Assembly: GCA_040776945.1 (NCBI GenBank)
Contig: JAXGZN010000001.1
Coordinates: 96,001-160,000 of the forward strand
Reading direction: 5' to 3'
From: Methanomassiliicoccaceae archaeon
GTDB taxonomy: Archaea; Thermoplasmatota; Thermoplasmata; Methanomassiliicoccales; Methanomassiliicoccaceae
Length of the DNA stretch: 64,000 bases
Under the pieces are notes generated by a model. It was not told where the DNA came from. It did no database searches and was given only the letters and a program-made list of their open reading frames with translations. How positions within the stretch are numbered: the first letter of the stretch is position 1; each line of letters opens with the position of its first letter. Positions 10,939 to 20,760 of this stretch are shown one piece after another. Made by a program: the position numbers and the translations under genes.

Positions 10939-11172
10939 ATGCCTCAGGCAACCCTTCGCTTGGCCACTCCGCACGGCAAGGCGGTATTGGAAGCCCTCCG
11001 CCCCGAGGTCGGGAGGGAGATCCCCCGCACCCGGGCCAGCATCGCCCTGGGGGAGACGGAGATCGTCCTCGATATCGAGGCCGCCGACCTAGGCGCGCTT
11101 CGGGCAGCGCTAAATTCATATCTCAGGTGGATAAGGATCTCAGAAGAGATCGGCAGTATGGTAGGTGAATAA
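10939..11172 (+). CDS. pcc1: KEOPS complex subunit Pcc1
   Basis: ALRPE...IEAADLGALRAALNSYLRWI. Confidence 0.85.
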   Translation: MPQATLRLATPHGKAVLEALRPEVGREIPRTRASIALGETEIVLDIEAADLGALRAALNSYLRWIRISEEIGSMVGE

Positions 11173-11173
11173 T

Positions 11174-11563
11174 ATGAACGAACTTAGTCCCAAGGTCCAG
11201 AACCAGATCGCTCAGTTCCAGCAGCTCCAGCAGCAATTGCAGGCAGTGCTGAACCAGAAGTTCCAGATGGACGCACAGCTGAAGGAGATGCAGCGCACCA
11301 CCGAGGAGCTGGGAAAGGCCCCAGAGGACGTTGTTATCTACAGGTCCGTAGGTTCGCTGATGATCAAGGCGGAGAGCAAGGAGTCCGTGCTCAAGGAGAT
11401 CGAGGAGGACCAAGAGACCATGGAGGTCCGGATCAAGACCCTTGAGCGGCAGGAGAAATCCCTTAAGGACCGCTACCAAGTTCTCCAGGACCAGCTGAAC
11501 AAGGCGCTATCGGCCGGCGCGGCGGCACCGATCCCTCAGATGGGCAGAGCGCCCGGCGAGTGA
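11174..11563 (+). CDS. pfdB: Prefoldin beta subunit
   Basis: QQLQQQLQ coiled coil, YRSVGSLMIK. Confidence 0.95.
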   Translation: MNELSPKVQNQIAQFQQLQQQLQAVLNQKFQMDAQLKEMQRTTEELGKAPEDVVIYRSVGSLMIKAESKESVLKEIEEDQETMEVRIKTLERQEKSLKDRYQVLQDQLNKALSAGAAAPIPQMGRAPGE

Positions 11564-11588
11564 TCGCTTTTCTAGCTCTTCGCGCATT

Positions 11589-11616
11589 CGGCCGGCCCGG
11601 CCTTTTTTTTGTTTTT
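11589..11616 (+). terminator. Putative terminator (GC hairpin plus oligo-T)
   Basis: GGCCGGCCCGGCC followed by T8-G-T5 just after pfdB. Confidence 0.5.
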
Positions 11617-11689
11617 CTCTATTATCGCCGTTCATCGATCATCTCGCCTCAAGGAAAGGTCTAATAGCAATGTCACATACCTCTTCTGG

Positions 11690-12643
11690 ATGCTGTCCAC
11701 CATCGTTCAGAAGCTCAGTTCAGGAAGGAAGGTCGTGCTCCTCCACGGGAACGCCGACCCCGACGCCCTGGGCTCGGCATATGCATTGTATCGGGCCTTC
11801 CCTGATACTACGGTGGTCGCGCTGGGCGGCTTGGACCGTCTGGCCAAGGTCATGGCCATCAATCTCGAGTTCGATGTGATGGGCTCTGTAGACCTGGACG
11901 CCTTCGACGTGGTCGTCGCGGTCGATTCCTCGTCCATGGAGCAGGTGGGCATCGACCTTCATGGCCGAGACATAGTGGCCATCGATCATCACGCTCCATG
12001 CGGGGATTGGGACGGGGCGCTGTTCTACTGTGACGAGTCGAGGCGAAGCTGTGCGGAGATCGTGTTCGAGATCCTTAAGCGTGCGGGAACGGAGGTCGAT
12101 CGGCGCCTGGGGCTTGCCCTGGCGGTCGGAATGTTAACCGATAGCGGGCACTTCCGTTTTGCAAATTCCGCCCTGATGCGCACCTTCTCCGAGGTGATGG
12201 AGGTCAGCGGCATTAACATGGACGAGGTCATGGACCTCACCGACCTTGAGCCGGACGTTTCTGAACGCATCTCTCAGCTCAAGGGAGCCCAGAGGATGCG
12301 TTTCGATCGGCTGGGGGACCACATCGTGGCCATCTCTCTGGGAAGCGCTCATGAGAGCTCCGTGTGCAAAGCGATGCTCAATATCGGCGCGGACGTCGCC
12401 TTCGTCGGTTCTCAACGCGACGAGCGGTTCCGCATCAGCGCGAGGGCCCGCCAGGACGTGGTAAGGAAGGGGTTGCACCTCGGCAAGCTTTTGGACGAGG
12501 TGGGCGGAGAGACCAGCAACAACGGCGGGGGCCACGCCGGCGCCGCCGGACTGACAGGAGTGGGTGACGTGGAGGCTGTTCTGAACATTTGCATGTCCAA
12601 ATCGATGGCCTTCTTTAGATATCTCCGTAATTCTCAGAGCTGA
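11690..12643 (+). CDS. DHH family phosphoesterase (NrnA-like)
   Basis: HGNADPDALGS, IDHH, GGGHAGAAG. Confidence 0.9.
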   Translation: MLSTIVQKLSSGRKVVLLHGNADPDALGSAYALYRAFPDTTVVALGGLDRLAKVMAINLEFDVMGSVDLDAFDVVVAVDSSSMEQVGIDLHGRDIVAIDHHAPCGDWDGALFYCDESRRSCAEIVFEILKRAGTEVDRRLGLALAVGMLTDSGHFRFANSALMRTFSEVMEVSGINMDEVMDLTDLEPDVSERISQLKGAQRMRFDRLGDHIVAISLGSAHESSVCKAMLNIGADVAFVGSQRDERFRISARARQDVVRKGLHLGKLLDEVGGETSNNGGGHAGAAGLTGVGDVEAVLNICMSKSMAFFRYLRNSQS

Positions 12644-13337
12644 ATTTTTCGACAGCCTCCCGTAGACAGGTCACCCTGTCGAAGCCTTGACCCATGAACT
12701 CCATCCGGCGGTCCAGCAGCATGCCGCGTATACCTGCCTTATTAGGTCCTTCGACGTCCCATACGGGGTTGTCTCCTATGAACAGACAGTCGCCTGGATC
12801 GGCCCCTGCAGCCCTGAGCGCTTGGGCATAGATCCGCGGATCCGGCTTTCGCCACCCCGCGTCCCGGCAGAACACCGAACCATCTATGCGCGAGCTGATG
12901 CCTTCTCGCGATAGCTGTTCCCGCCATAGTTCGGCCGGGCTCCCCCAGGTCGTGTTGGAAACGACCACAGCCCTTATGCCTAGATCGCGGAGCACATCGA
13001 GGAACGGCAATGTATCTTCATATGTTCTAGCTTGAGCGAAGAGAGGGGCCATGAACGAGCGGCAAAGGGCAGGCAGAAGATCGGAATCGCTGTCGTCTAC
13101 CTCGAACGTGCGGCGCAGGCGGATCTCGAGGGGGCGTACTTCCGGATCGTCGGGGCTCTGTGCATTGCGGCTCCATCGGGCTTCGAGCACGGCCAAAGGA
13201 GGCACCCTTATTCCTACTGAGAGGAGGAGCTGACCCGCCAGGGTCAAGGACCGAGGAAGCACCAGTCCGGGCGTGGTGTGGCCGAAGTAGTCGACCAGGG
13301 TCCCCCCCAGGTCTACGAGGATGGCGCGGAGGGTCAT
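12615..13337 (-). CDS. HAD family hydrolase
   Basis: DLGGTL, VVSN, KPDPRIY, IGDNPVWDVEG. Confidence 0.9.
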   Translation of the reverse strand: MTLRAILVDLGGTLVDYFGHTTPGLVLPRSLTLAGQLLLSVGIRVPPLAVLEARWSRNAQSPDDPEVRPLEIRLRRTFEVDDSDSDLLPALCRSFMAPLFAQARTYEDTLPFLDVLRDLGIRAVVVSNTTWGSPAELWREQLSREGISSRIDGSVFCRDAGWRKPDPRIYAQALRAAGADPGDCLFIGDNPVWDVEGPNKAGIRGMLLDRRMEFMGQGFDRVTCLREAVEKFSSENYGDI

Positions 13338-13409
13338 GCTCCTACCGAGGATGTGCTTGATAAAAATAGCTGACGCTCAACGCTTCACGGCCCAGTGGGG
13401 GTTGCGTGT

Positions 13410-14453
13410 TCAGCTTAGCCCGATAGCCCTCCTCATTGCGAGGTAGTTCTCCGGCTTCCTGTCGAAGTATTCCCGGGCCGGAGCAAGGAGGTCGCTGAGC
13501 CCTTTGGCGACTCCGGACTTAAGGTCCATGGGATGGAGCTTTCCAGAGGCGTAGGTCTTCTCGAGCTCGTCGTAGGAGCGGAACTCCAGGCGGCCGCCGA
13601 ACTTCTCCGGGCGGTCGATCACGAACTCCGGGATATTGGGGAACAGCAAGTATCTGCAGATGGCGAGCAGGGGGTTCCCTTCCACCTCAGGCGGACAGAA
13701 CGCCTTCTTGATCTTCCGCTCGATGTCCTCGGGCGAGTCGTGTATCAGGATCCCGCTGTCGGGATCGGACTTGGACATCTTGTTGGCAACAGGGTCCATG
13801 CGGTTCGTGCCCTTCAGCCCCGGGAGCAGAGGCGTGTGCAATGCTACCGGGACCTTCCACTTCAGCTTCTCCGCGGCCTCGCGGGCCAGCATGTGCGCTC
13901 TCCGCTGATCTATGCCGGCATAGGCAACATCGATATCCATGCGGAAGATGTCCGTTGCCTGCATTAGCGGATAAAGGAACTTGGAGGAGTCGAGCTCGGC
14001 GTCGTCCTCCTTGCGGCCCATGATGGTCATGGCCCGCTTTATTCGGGAGAGCGAGGTTACCTTTCCTACCTTCATCAGCATCTCCCAGTACCTCATGTCC
14101 ATTATCTCCGAGGCGAGGACGAACTTCACCTTGTCCCTGGGCACTCCCAGCGCCTCAAAGCAGTCCTTCATGTACTCGGCACATATCCGGATCCGCTCGA
14201 TGTCCCCGCCCAGCTTGTCGTTTATGTATGCATGCCAATCGGCGAAGAAAATGTTGACTGAGAACCCAGCGTCCACCAGGTCCTTGATCTTGTGAGCGAC
14301 CAGCGCCCAGCCCAGGTGGACAAGCCCCGAGGGTTCGAATCCGATATAGGCCTTGGGAGATGGATTGGTAGCAAGGATATGCTTAAGCTCCTCCGCTGTT
14401 ACTATCTCCTCGGTGTTCCTGGCCAGAAGGTTGAACCTCTCTTCGTTGCTCAT
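13410..14453 (-). CDS. tyrS: Tyrosine--tRNA ligase
   Basis: YIGFEPSGLVHLG, YPLMQATD, GIDQRRAH, KMSKS. Confidence 0.96.
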   Translation of the reverse strand: MSNEERFNLLARNTEEIVTAEELKHILATNPSPKAYIGFEPSGLVHLGWALVAHKIKDLVDAGFSVNIFFADWHAYINDKLGGDIERIRICAEYMKDCFEALGVPRDKVKFVLASEIMDMRYWEMLMKVGKVTSLSRIKRAMTIMGRKEDDAELDSSKFLYPLMQATDIFRMDIDVAYAGIDQRRAHMLAREAAEKLKWKVPVALHTPLLPGLKGTNRMDPVANKMSKSDPDSGILIHDSPEDIERKIKKAFCPPEVEGNPLLAICRYLLFPNIPEFVIDRPEKFGGRLEFRSYDELEKTYASGKLHPMDLKSGVAKGLSDLLAPAREYFDRKPENYLAMRRAIGLS

Positions 14454-14662
14454 ATCGCTCAGGTACCGATTCCCTGTTGGTTATTTATCGTTTAGGGGCG
14501 CCGCCTGACGTGATCCCCTATTCTTGCATCGAGGCCTCCAGCTTAAATTTCTCCAGGGGCTGACGTCAAATAGCGCTTTATGACGCTCAGAGGCACCCCG
14601 AAGGCATCCGGAGATCGTCATGCAAGGACGTGCTAAACCCTTGGAGGCCACGTCCCCATGCT

Positions 14663-15136
14663 CTATCCGGCCGATTCCGGGAGGTCTTCCTTCAGCCATG
14701 GCCCGATCTGGGCGTTCCCGCCTGCAGTGACCGCCGTGAACCTGCCCGGGTGATGCTTGGTCAGCATCTTCCTCACTGCCTTGCCCGGGCTCAGGACATA
14801 GACCTCATCGTTCGGGCGGAACATGAGCAGGAAGTTATCGACCATATCAAGGGCGATGTGCCTTCCTCGCTTGCTCGGGATGACATAGAGCACATCCAAC
14901 CTCCTGCTCGCGGAGCAGTAGGAGTAGAACCCTACGATGCTCGGAGGCCTCTCCTTGGTAATGACAAGCTTTGCTTCCGACCCCTCCTCGATGCGCGGGA
15001 GGTTGATGCGCTCCCGAGGGGAATAACACCAACGGAACCGGCCGTCCTTGCCTTCCTCGTTGCATTGCTCCACAAGCTCGTTTATTATCCAATAGTCCTT
15101 ATAGTTCCTAGCCTTGATGAATTTGAACCGTCCCAT
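14663..15136 (-). CDS. Divergent GNAT-fold protein
   Basis: IVGFY...LDVLYVIPSKRGRHIA resembles GNAT motif A. Confidence 0.55.
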   Translation of the reverse strand: MGRFKFIKARNYKDYWIINELVEQCNEEGKDGRFRWCYSPRERINLPRIEEGSEAKLVITKERPPSIVGFYSYCSASRRLDVLYVIPSKRGRHIALDMVDNFLLMFRPNDEVYVLSPGKAVRKMLTKHHPGRFTAVTAGGNAQIGPWLKEDLPESAG

Positions 15137-15319
15137 CCCATCACCACCTAGCTTGCCGCTATGCGGTCCGTTCAAACACCCTTGCTGGCCTTGAGGCATG
15201 ACCTGTGGACGATATAGAGGTGACGGCCTGATTCAAAATCATTGGACCATGGGGTCGGAGAAGGCGTTTAGGGCCGTGCCTATGCACGACCTTTGGTCTA
15301 TCTCATCACGCGACTGGCC

Positions 15320-15472
15320 CTAGATTTCCTGCGCTTTGAGCGTCATGTTATCGCTCTTCTCCACCGGCTCGGGGTGCTTCAGGGGCGAGCGAGGCCCCTG
15401 CTCTTCCTTGAGTCCGCTCAGCAGGCGGGCCGCCATCTTGGCCTGGAGGATCTCCGAGTCTCTCATGTCCAT
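15320..15472 (-). CDS. Small hypothetical protein
   Basis: Short ORF MDMRDSEILQAKMAARLL...; AT-rich promoter-like region upstream. Confidence 0.35.
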   Translation of the reverse strand: MDMRDSEILQAKMAARLLSGLKEEQGPRSPLKHPEPVEKSDNMTLKAQEI

Positions 15473-15581
15473 TCCCCCGCATCCCCTAAGACAGCTGACG
15501 ACCAAGTGCAGTTAATGATTAGAGCGACTAGTATTTCAAACGATGGATAATATTATCGCCTTTGATATATTCGCGGGACCT

Positions 15582-15866
15582 TTATCCTCCGGCGGTCATC
15601 GGAAGTATGGAGACCATATCGCCGTCCTTTAGGGAGGTTCCCAAACCGTTCAGGTGGGAGATGTTCCTCCCGTCGATGAGGATGAACAGCATGTCGGAGA
15701 GGTTCTCGCCGTCGGGGTACAGATAACTGCCAACAGGGGCGCCGAACCTCGAGACCATTTCGTCAAGAAGTCCACCTACGGTCGCCATCGAGGCATCTAC
15801 CTGGACCTGGCTGCCACCGATTATGGAGGCGAGGCGTCCCAACGTACGCACTGTCACCCGAACCAT
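15582..15866 (-). CDS. Ubiquitin-like MoaD/ThiS/SAMP family protein
   Basis: ILIDGRNI..LKDGDMVSILPMTAGG with C-terminal GG. Confidence 0.9.
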   Translation of the reverse strand: MVRVTVRTLGRLASIIGGSQVQVDASMATVGGLLDEMVSRFGAPVGSYLYPDGENLSDMLFILIDGRNISHLNGLGTSLKDGDMVSILPMTAGG

Positions 15867-15867
15867 A

Positions 15868-17217
15868 TCATAGCCTCGTGACCAGGTCCTCAGCGGCAAG
15901 GTTCACAGGGTCCTTGACCATTGAGGTGGGCGGACAATACGCGTTCTCGAAGGAGCTCACGAACTCCTCGGCCGTCGTCCCCTTCATTATCGCCGCTGTG
16001 AGCCAGTTGATGCGGCCATTGACATCATCTCCTGCGACGACCTGGGCGCCGAGGAGACGATGGGTCTCCCTGTCGGCGATCATCTTCACGATGAGCCTCT
16101 TGCCCCCCGGATAGTACCTAGCACAGGTGAGCCCGGCCCCATAGCCCTCTACCACCTCCACACCAAAATGATCGGCGAGGCCCGTGGACAGGCCCGTTCC
16201 TCCGACCTGGAGCTCGCCTATTTGAGAGACCCAGGGGCTAAGGACGGAAGGGAAGGTGGCATAACCACCAGCAGCGTTGATGCCGGCCACCCGGCCCTGC
16301 CTCACCGCTGTAGAGCCGAGCTGGCTCATGGTGGGTCCCGGTACGGCCGCACTTTGGCACATCATTATGTCCCCTGCCAGATAGATGTCCTTGACCAATC
16401 GGCCCTTTCGATATGGCTGCAGGGTGGGGGAAGCCCTCACCGCCCCCAATGGACCGATCTCCAGGCCCATGGAGTTGGGCAGCTCCAGGTTGGCCCTCAC
16501 CCCCGTGGACATTATGACCATTTCACAGGGGACCTCGGTCTTACCGGCAAGGACCGAGGTCACCCTGCCGGGACCCTTTATCGCGCCCAGCGGCGCCCCC
16601 ATGATGAACTTGATCCCAAGATCCTCGCAATGCCCCTGGACCTCCTTGGCCATGTCAGGGTCGCAAATGCGCGGTATTACCTGAGAGAACATCTCGACCA
16701 CGGTGACCTCCTTGCCTGCGCGGCGGAGGGCCACCGCCATCTCCAGGCCGATGACCCCGGCGCCGGCGACGACCGCGGAACGAACCGAGGGGAGTGCCCT
16801 CTGGATGTCCATCCCGTCCCGGATGAAGCGTACCTTGAACACCCCTGGAAGGTCTGCTCCCTCGACGGGCGGCACGAAGACCGTTCCCCCAGTGGCCATT
16901 ACAAGAGCGTCAAATTGGTGTTCGGACCCATCGTCCAGAACGATGAGCTTGGCGTCCGCGTCCACAGACCTTACCCTCGTCGCGGTGCGGATGTCTATGT
17001 TCCTCTCTCGACGGTAGAACGCGGGATCGTGCATGATTATGGAACTGAAGCTCTCGATCTTGCCCTCGAGGACAAAGGGTATCGCACAGGGAGAGTAGGA
17101 AACATGCTCCTCGCTGGTGAAGACCGTTATCTCGGCGTCCTTGTCTGTTGCCCTCGCCGAGGATGCCGCGGTCATGCCTGCGGCCCCTGACCCAATGATC
17201 ACAATCCTCTTGGCCAT
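15868..17217 (-). CDS. NADH oxidase / CoA-disulfide reductase family flavoprotein
   Basis: GSGAAG, SYSPC redox cysteine, GAGVIGLEMA, AYCPP. Confidence 0.9.
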   Translation of the reverse strand: MAKRIVIIGSGAAGMTAASSARATDKDAEITVFTSEEHVSYSPCAIPFVLEGKIESFSSIIMHDPAFYRRERNIDIRTATRVRSVDADAKLIVLDDGSEHQFDALVMATGGTVFVPPVEGADLPGVFKVRFIRDGMDIQRALPSVRSAVVAGAGVIGLEMAVALRRAGKEVTVVEMFSQVIPRICDPDMAKEVQGHCEDLGIKFIMGAPLGAIKGPGRVTSVLAGKTEVPCEMVIMSTGVRANLELPNSMGLEIGPLGAVRASPTLQPYRKGRLVKDIYLAGDIMMCQSAAVPGPTMSQLGSTAVRQGRVAGINAAGGYATFPSVLSPWVSQIGELQVGGTGLSTGLADHFGVEVVEGYGAGLTCARYYPGGKRLIVKMIADRETHRLLGAQVVAGDDVNGRINWLTAAIMKGTTAEEFVSSFENAYCPPTSMVKDPVNLAAEDLVTRL

Positions 17218-17360
17218 TACGAGTCCTTCTGGTCCAGGATTGACCGAACAATATTAAAGCGTTGGCAGTAGGCCGTTCCCAGCAGGTAGCGGTGAGCGCG
17301 CTGGGCGGGCGAAGGAAAAGTAATAATCATTGAGCCTATGTCCATCAGGAAGGTGAGGTC

Positions 17361-18359
17361 ATGGCCCGAACTAGCACTGAGGACCTGAAGAGCCCGGTCA
17401 GCATCTGGAGGGAGCAGGATGTCATCGATGGCCGGAAGGTCGATGCTTTCGTTGCCATCCTGCGCACCCGAGGGTGCTGGTGGTCCTGGCAGAAAGGGTG
17501 CACTATGTGCGGCTACAACGCCGCAAGCTCGCGTGCGGTCACTCCAGAGCACCTCCGGGCCCAATTACAGAAGGCGGTGCAAAGATACCAGGGAGAGCCG
17601 ATGGTCAAACTATACACCTCTGGGTCCTTCTTGGACCCGGAGGAGGTCCCCCTGGCCCTGCGCGCCGAGATATTATCGTCCTTTGGCACGGCGGAAAGGG
17701 TCCTGTTCGAAAGCCGGCCCGAGTTCATAACCTCCACAAACCTGGATGGAATAGATCCCCGGTCAGCGGTCGCTATAGGTCTGGAGACGGCAAACGGGGA
17801 ATATCTGCGGAGATGCGTGCGCAAGGGCTTCACGGTCTCCGATTACGCGAAGGCGGCAGAGATGCTGCTCGAAAGGAAGATCCCTCTGCGAACATACCTT
17901 CTCCTCAAGCCCCCTTATCTTAGCGAGAGGGCAGCGGTGGAGGATGCCATCGCCTCCATCGGGTTCGCCGGCAGGTTCTCCGAGAGCGTCAGCATCAACC
18001 CGGTGAACGTGCAGCGAGATACCGTGGTCGACGCACTTTGGAGACGTGGCAACTATCGTCCGCCATGGCTGTGGTCCCTCGTGGAGGTATTGCGCCAAGG
18101 TAAGACCGTCACCTCAGCAAGGATCATGTCCTCACCATCCGGCGGCGGAACCCCGCGCGGGGTGCACAACTGCGATCGCTGTGACAGAAAGATTCTTGAT
18201 GCGGTCCTGCGTTTTTCGTTCGACCAGGACCTTGATGGCCTCGAAGGGATGGAGTGCGGATGCCGGCAGGAATGGACCGCGGTTATGGACCTCCAGGACG
18301 CCATGGGGACCGCGGTCGACGTGGCCAGATACCTGAGCGATGAGCTGGAGTTCGAATAG
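17361..18359 (+). CDS. Radical SAM enzyme, archaeosine biosynthesis RaSEA (TIGR01210-like)
   Basis: LRTRGCWW..GCTMCGY, YTSGSFLD, ESRPEF, YLLLKPP, YRPPWLWS. Confidence 0.88.
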   Translation: MARTSTEDLKSPVSIWREQDVIDGRKVDAFVAILRTRGCWWSWQKGCTMCGYNAASSRAVTPEHLRAQLQKAVQRYQGEPMVKLYTSGSFLDPEEVPLALRAEILSSFGTAERVLFESRPEFITSTNLDGIDPRSAVAIGLETANGEYLRRCVRKGFTVSDYAKAAEMLLERKIPLRTYLLLKPPYLSERAAVEDAIASIGFAGRFSESVSINPVNVQRDTVVDALWRRGNYRPPWLWSLVEVLRQGKTVTSARIMSSPSGGGTPRGVHNCDRCDRKILDAVLRFSFDQDLDGLEGMECGCRQEWTAVMDLQDAMGTAVDVARYLSDELEFE

Positions 18360-18369
18360 AGGGATTGAA

Positions 18370-18690
18370 ATGGATTTTGACATAAAGAAGGGGCACGGTG
18401 CAAGCTTGGAAGGCGACGGCCTAAAGAACCTGATGACGAGCGTACTGGGCGACGTCAGTGAGGAGAACGGCGCGCTGGTGACCTCCTTTGGAGCGACCAC
18501 CCGGTTCGAGGTAAGGCTGCTGAGCAGGAGCGTTCTGTCAGTTGTGAGCACGTCGGACAAGAACGCGACCACTGAAGCTATGATGGTATCCAACCGCAAG
18601 TACAACGATTTCATGGAAAAGGCCACCGGATTCAATGCCAAGGAGAGGTCCAAGCGCTTGCAGAAGAAGGCCAAGGAAGGCAAGCTCTGA
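18370..18690 (+). CDS. Conserved archaeal hypothetical protein (DUF5611-like)
   Basis: DIKKGH...YNDFMEKATGFNAKERSK. Confidence 0.7.
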   Translation: MDFDIKKGHGASLEGDGLKNLMTSVLGDVSEENGALVTSFGATTRFEVRLLSRSVLSVVSTSDKNATTEAMMVSNRKYNDFMEKATGFNAKERSKRLQKKAKEGKL

Positions 18691-18772
18691 GGTCATGACG
18701 GCGCAGGTCCGGCCAGTCGGCCCATTGGCGGCACAGGCGTTGCTGGACCATCTCCCACCCTTCCCTTTCTAG

Positions 18773-19027
18773 CTACCGGCGGTGGTTCCCCCCGCCTCCG
18801 CCGCGACGCGCGAGCTCCTGAGGATGTTGCCTGTAATACGTGCTCAGATCGACGGCCGAGGGGTTCCGGCCGTTCAACCGCTTGAACTGGTCCTTGAACG
18901 CCTCGATGGTCGATGCCATGAACGGGTCAACGACATCGAAGTTCAGAAGGGTCCTTTGCGCTGGATCGTTCCCGCGGGGTTTTATCAAAGCATCCCTCTC
19001 CGACCCCATGAATGTCCGTAGCAACAT
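18773..19027 (-). CDS. Small hypothetical protein
   Basis: ORF with plausible composition (FKDQFKRLNGRNPS); start uncertain. Confidence 0.35.
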   Translation of the reverse strand: MLLRTFMGSERDALIKPRGNDPAQRTLLNFDVVDPFMASTIEAFKDQFKRLNGRNPSAVDLSTYYRQHPQELARRGGGGGNHRR

Positions 19028-19391
19028 ATATTTTCCACGGTCGACTTTCACTGTCCGCGTATCAGACGCCCTCTTGAGAACGGCACCGGTGCCGGGCATC
19101 GGCCAGGGGCCAAATGATCGGGCGGGTTGGACATGCCTGCACAGAGGCATGGAACGTTTTCTCTGACCCGGTACTATCGGTCAGAATCGGAGATCGTTGA
19201 GATGGTAAAGGCGGGCCTTCAGAGGCAATGGGCCGTCGCCGGCCGGGGAAGGGAACGCGTGATGAAAGGGCGGGATCTCTGGGTCTGGCCCTGATCGAGG
19301 CCGAACCGCGCCACATACATCACTGGTCCGACGGCCGCAGGCCTGCCCGGAGGTGATGGCGACCGTGGTTGGAAAGTAGATAACGAAGCGG

Positions 19392-20690
19392 ATGGAATCG
19401 TTCTCATTGATGGCGCAGCTAAAGGCCACTCCGGGATTGAGGCCTTCGCTCAATCTCGCGGACGCAACGGCGATCAACCTGGGGGCAATAATCGGGTCGG
19501 GGATCTTCGTCGTCACAGGCATCGCAGCCGGCTATGCTGGATCGGCGATAGTGATCTCCATCATCGTCGCCGCGGTGGTGTCCATATTGACGGCCATGAG
19601 CATAGTGGAGCTTACCATGTGGGACCCTCGGGAAGGCGGGGTCTATGACTACGCCCGCAAGCTGATCTCACCCTTGGCTGGCTTCATCTCCGGCTGGATG
19701 TGGGCCCTCTCCAACACCTTGATAGGCGCGGCGGTCGCCCTGAGCTTCGCTTTCTATCTGGCGGCGATCGTTCCAGGCCTGAGCGTGAACATCGTGGCCG
19801 CTCTTATCTGCCTCCTCTTCACGATATTGAACTACTACGGGGCGAGCCATTCTTCCGAGATCAACAACATCATCGTCGTTGCCAAGCTGGTCCTGATCTC
19901 TTTCTTCATCGGATTTGGGCTGCTCTTCATCAACATCTCCAACTTCCAGCCCTTCCAGCCCTTCCAGCCCGGCATGTTCGTTGGGGCGTTCTACATATTC
20001 TTTGCCTTCGGCGGGTTCGCCAGGGTCACAGTGATAGCGGAAGAGGTCAAAGAGCCAAGGAAGAACATATCGAAGGCCGTCTTCCTTTCGATCGCCATAT
20101 CGGTCGTCTTCTACGTCCTTGTGGCGCTGGTGGCGATCGGCCTTGTCGGAGCGAACGCGTTGTCCGGCTCGAGCTCTCCGCTGGCGTTCGCCATCAGCAC
20201 CACAGGCAATCATTGGGCGGTACTGTTCGTTTCTCTAGGGGGGATCCTGGCCACAGCTAGCGTTCTGATCACGACGATACTGGGCGTGTCAAGGATGGAG
20301 TACGCCATGGCCAGGAAGGGCGATCTCCCCAAGCAGCTAGGCTATATCCACAAACGCTACGGCACCCCTCATTGGAGCATCTGGACGACAGGGGCGATAA
20401 TAATGGCTCTGGTCCTCTTCGTGGACGTTGTGAGCGTGGTGGCCCTGAGCACGTTCACCCAAATATTGTATTACATGATGGCGAACATATCTGCTGTTCG
20501 TCTCAAAGTGGAGAAACGGCAATACTCCAGACTAGTCCCTGTCGTCGGCCTGCTGATGTGCACGGCCCTGCTCCTCGCGTCGGCCCTGATCGCGCCTCAG
20601 GCCATCATATTGGGATCGGCGGGGCTGGTCGTTGGGCTGGTCATCTGGGCGGTCAGGGCTAAAATGGAGAAAAGAACGCCGTCCGACTAG
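19392..20690 (+). CDS. APC family amino acid permease
   Basis: GAIIGSGIF, FAFGGF, EEVKEP; about 12 hydrophobic helices. Confidence 0.92.
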   Translation: MESFSLMAQLKATPGLRPSLNLADATAINLGAIIGSGIFVVTGIAAGYAGSAIVISIIVAAVVSILTAMSIVELTMWDPREGGVYDYARKLISPLAGFISGWMWALSNTLIGAAVALSFAFYLAAIVPGLSVNIVAALICLLFTILNYYGASHSSEINNIIVVAKLVLISFFIGFGLLFINISNFQPFQPFQPGMFVGAFYIFFAFGGFARVTVIAEEVKEPRKNISKAVFLSIAISVVFYVLVALVAIGLVGANALSGSSSPLAFAISTTGNHWAVLFVSLGGILATASVLITTILGVSRMEYAMARKGDLPKQLGYIHKRYGTPHWSIWTTGAIIMALVLFVDVVSVVALSTFTQILYYMMANISAVRLKVEKRQYSRLVPVVGLLMCTALLLASALIAPQAIILGSAGLVVGLVIWAVRAKMEKRTPSD

Positions 20691-20760
20691 TTGGGCACCT
20701 CACGTTCCTGGATGTTCGGATGGGTTTCATTGGCTCCAGCATGTTATAGGTCATTGCCTC

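Noticed and set aside
19259-19294. GTGATGA...CTGA resembling C/D box sRNA motifs
   Set aside because: Spacing too short for a full guide and no convincing C'/D' pair.
19944-19970. TTCCAGCCC repeated three times
   Set aside because: In-frame FQP repeat in a permease loop; not a regulatory or CRISPR repeat.
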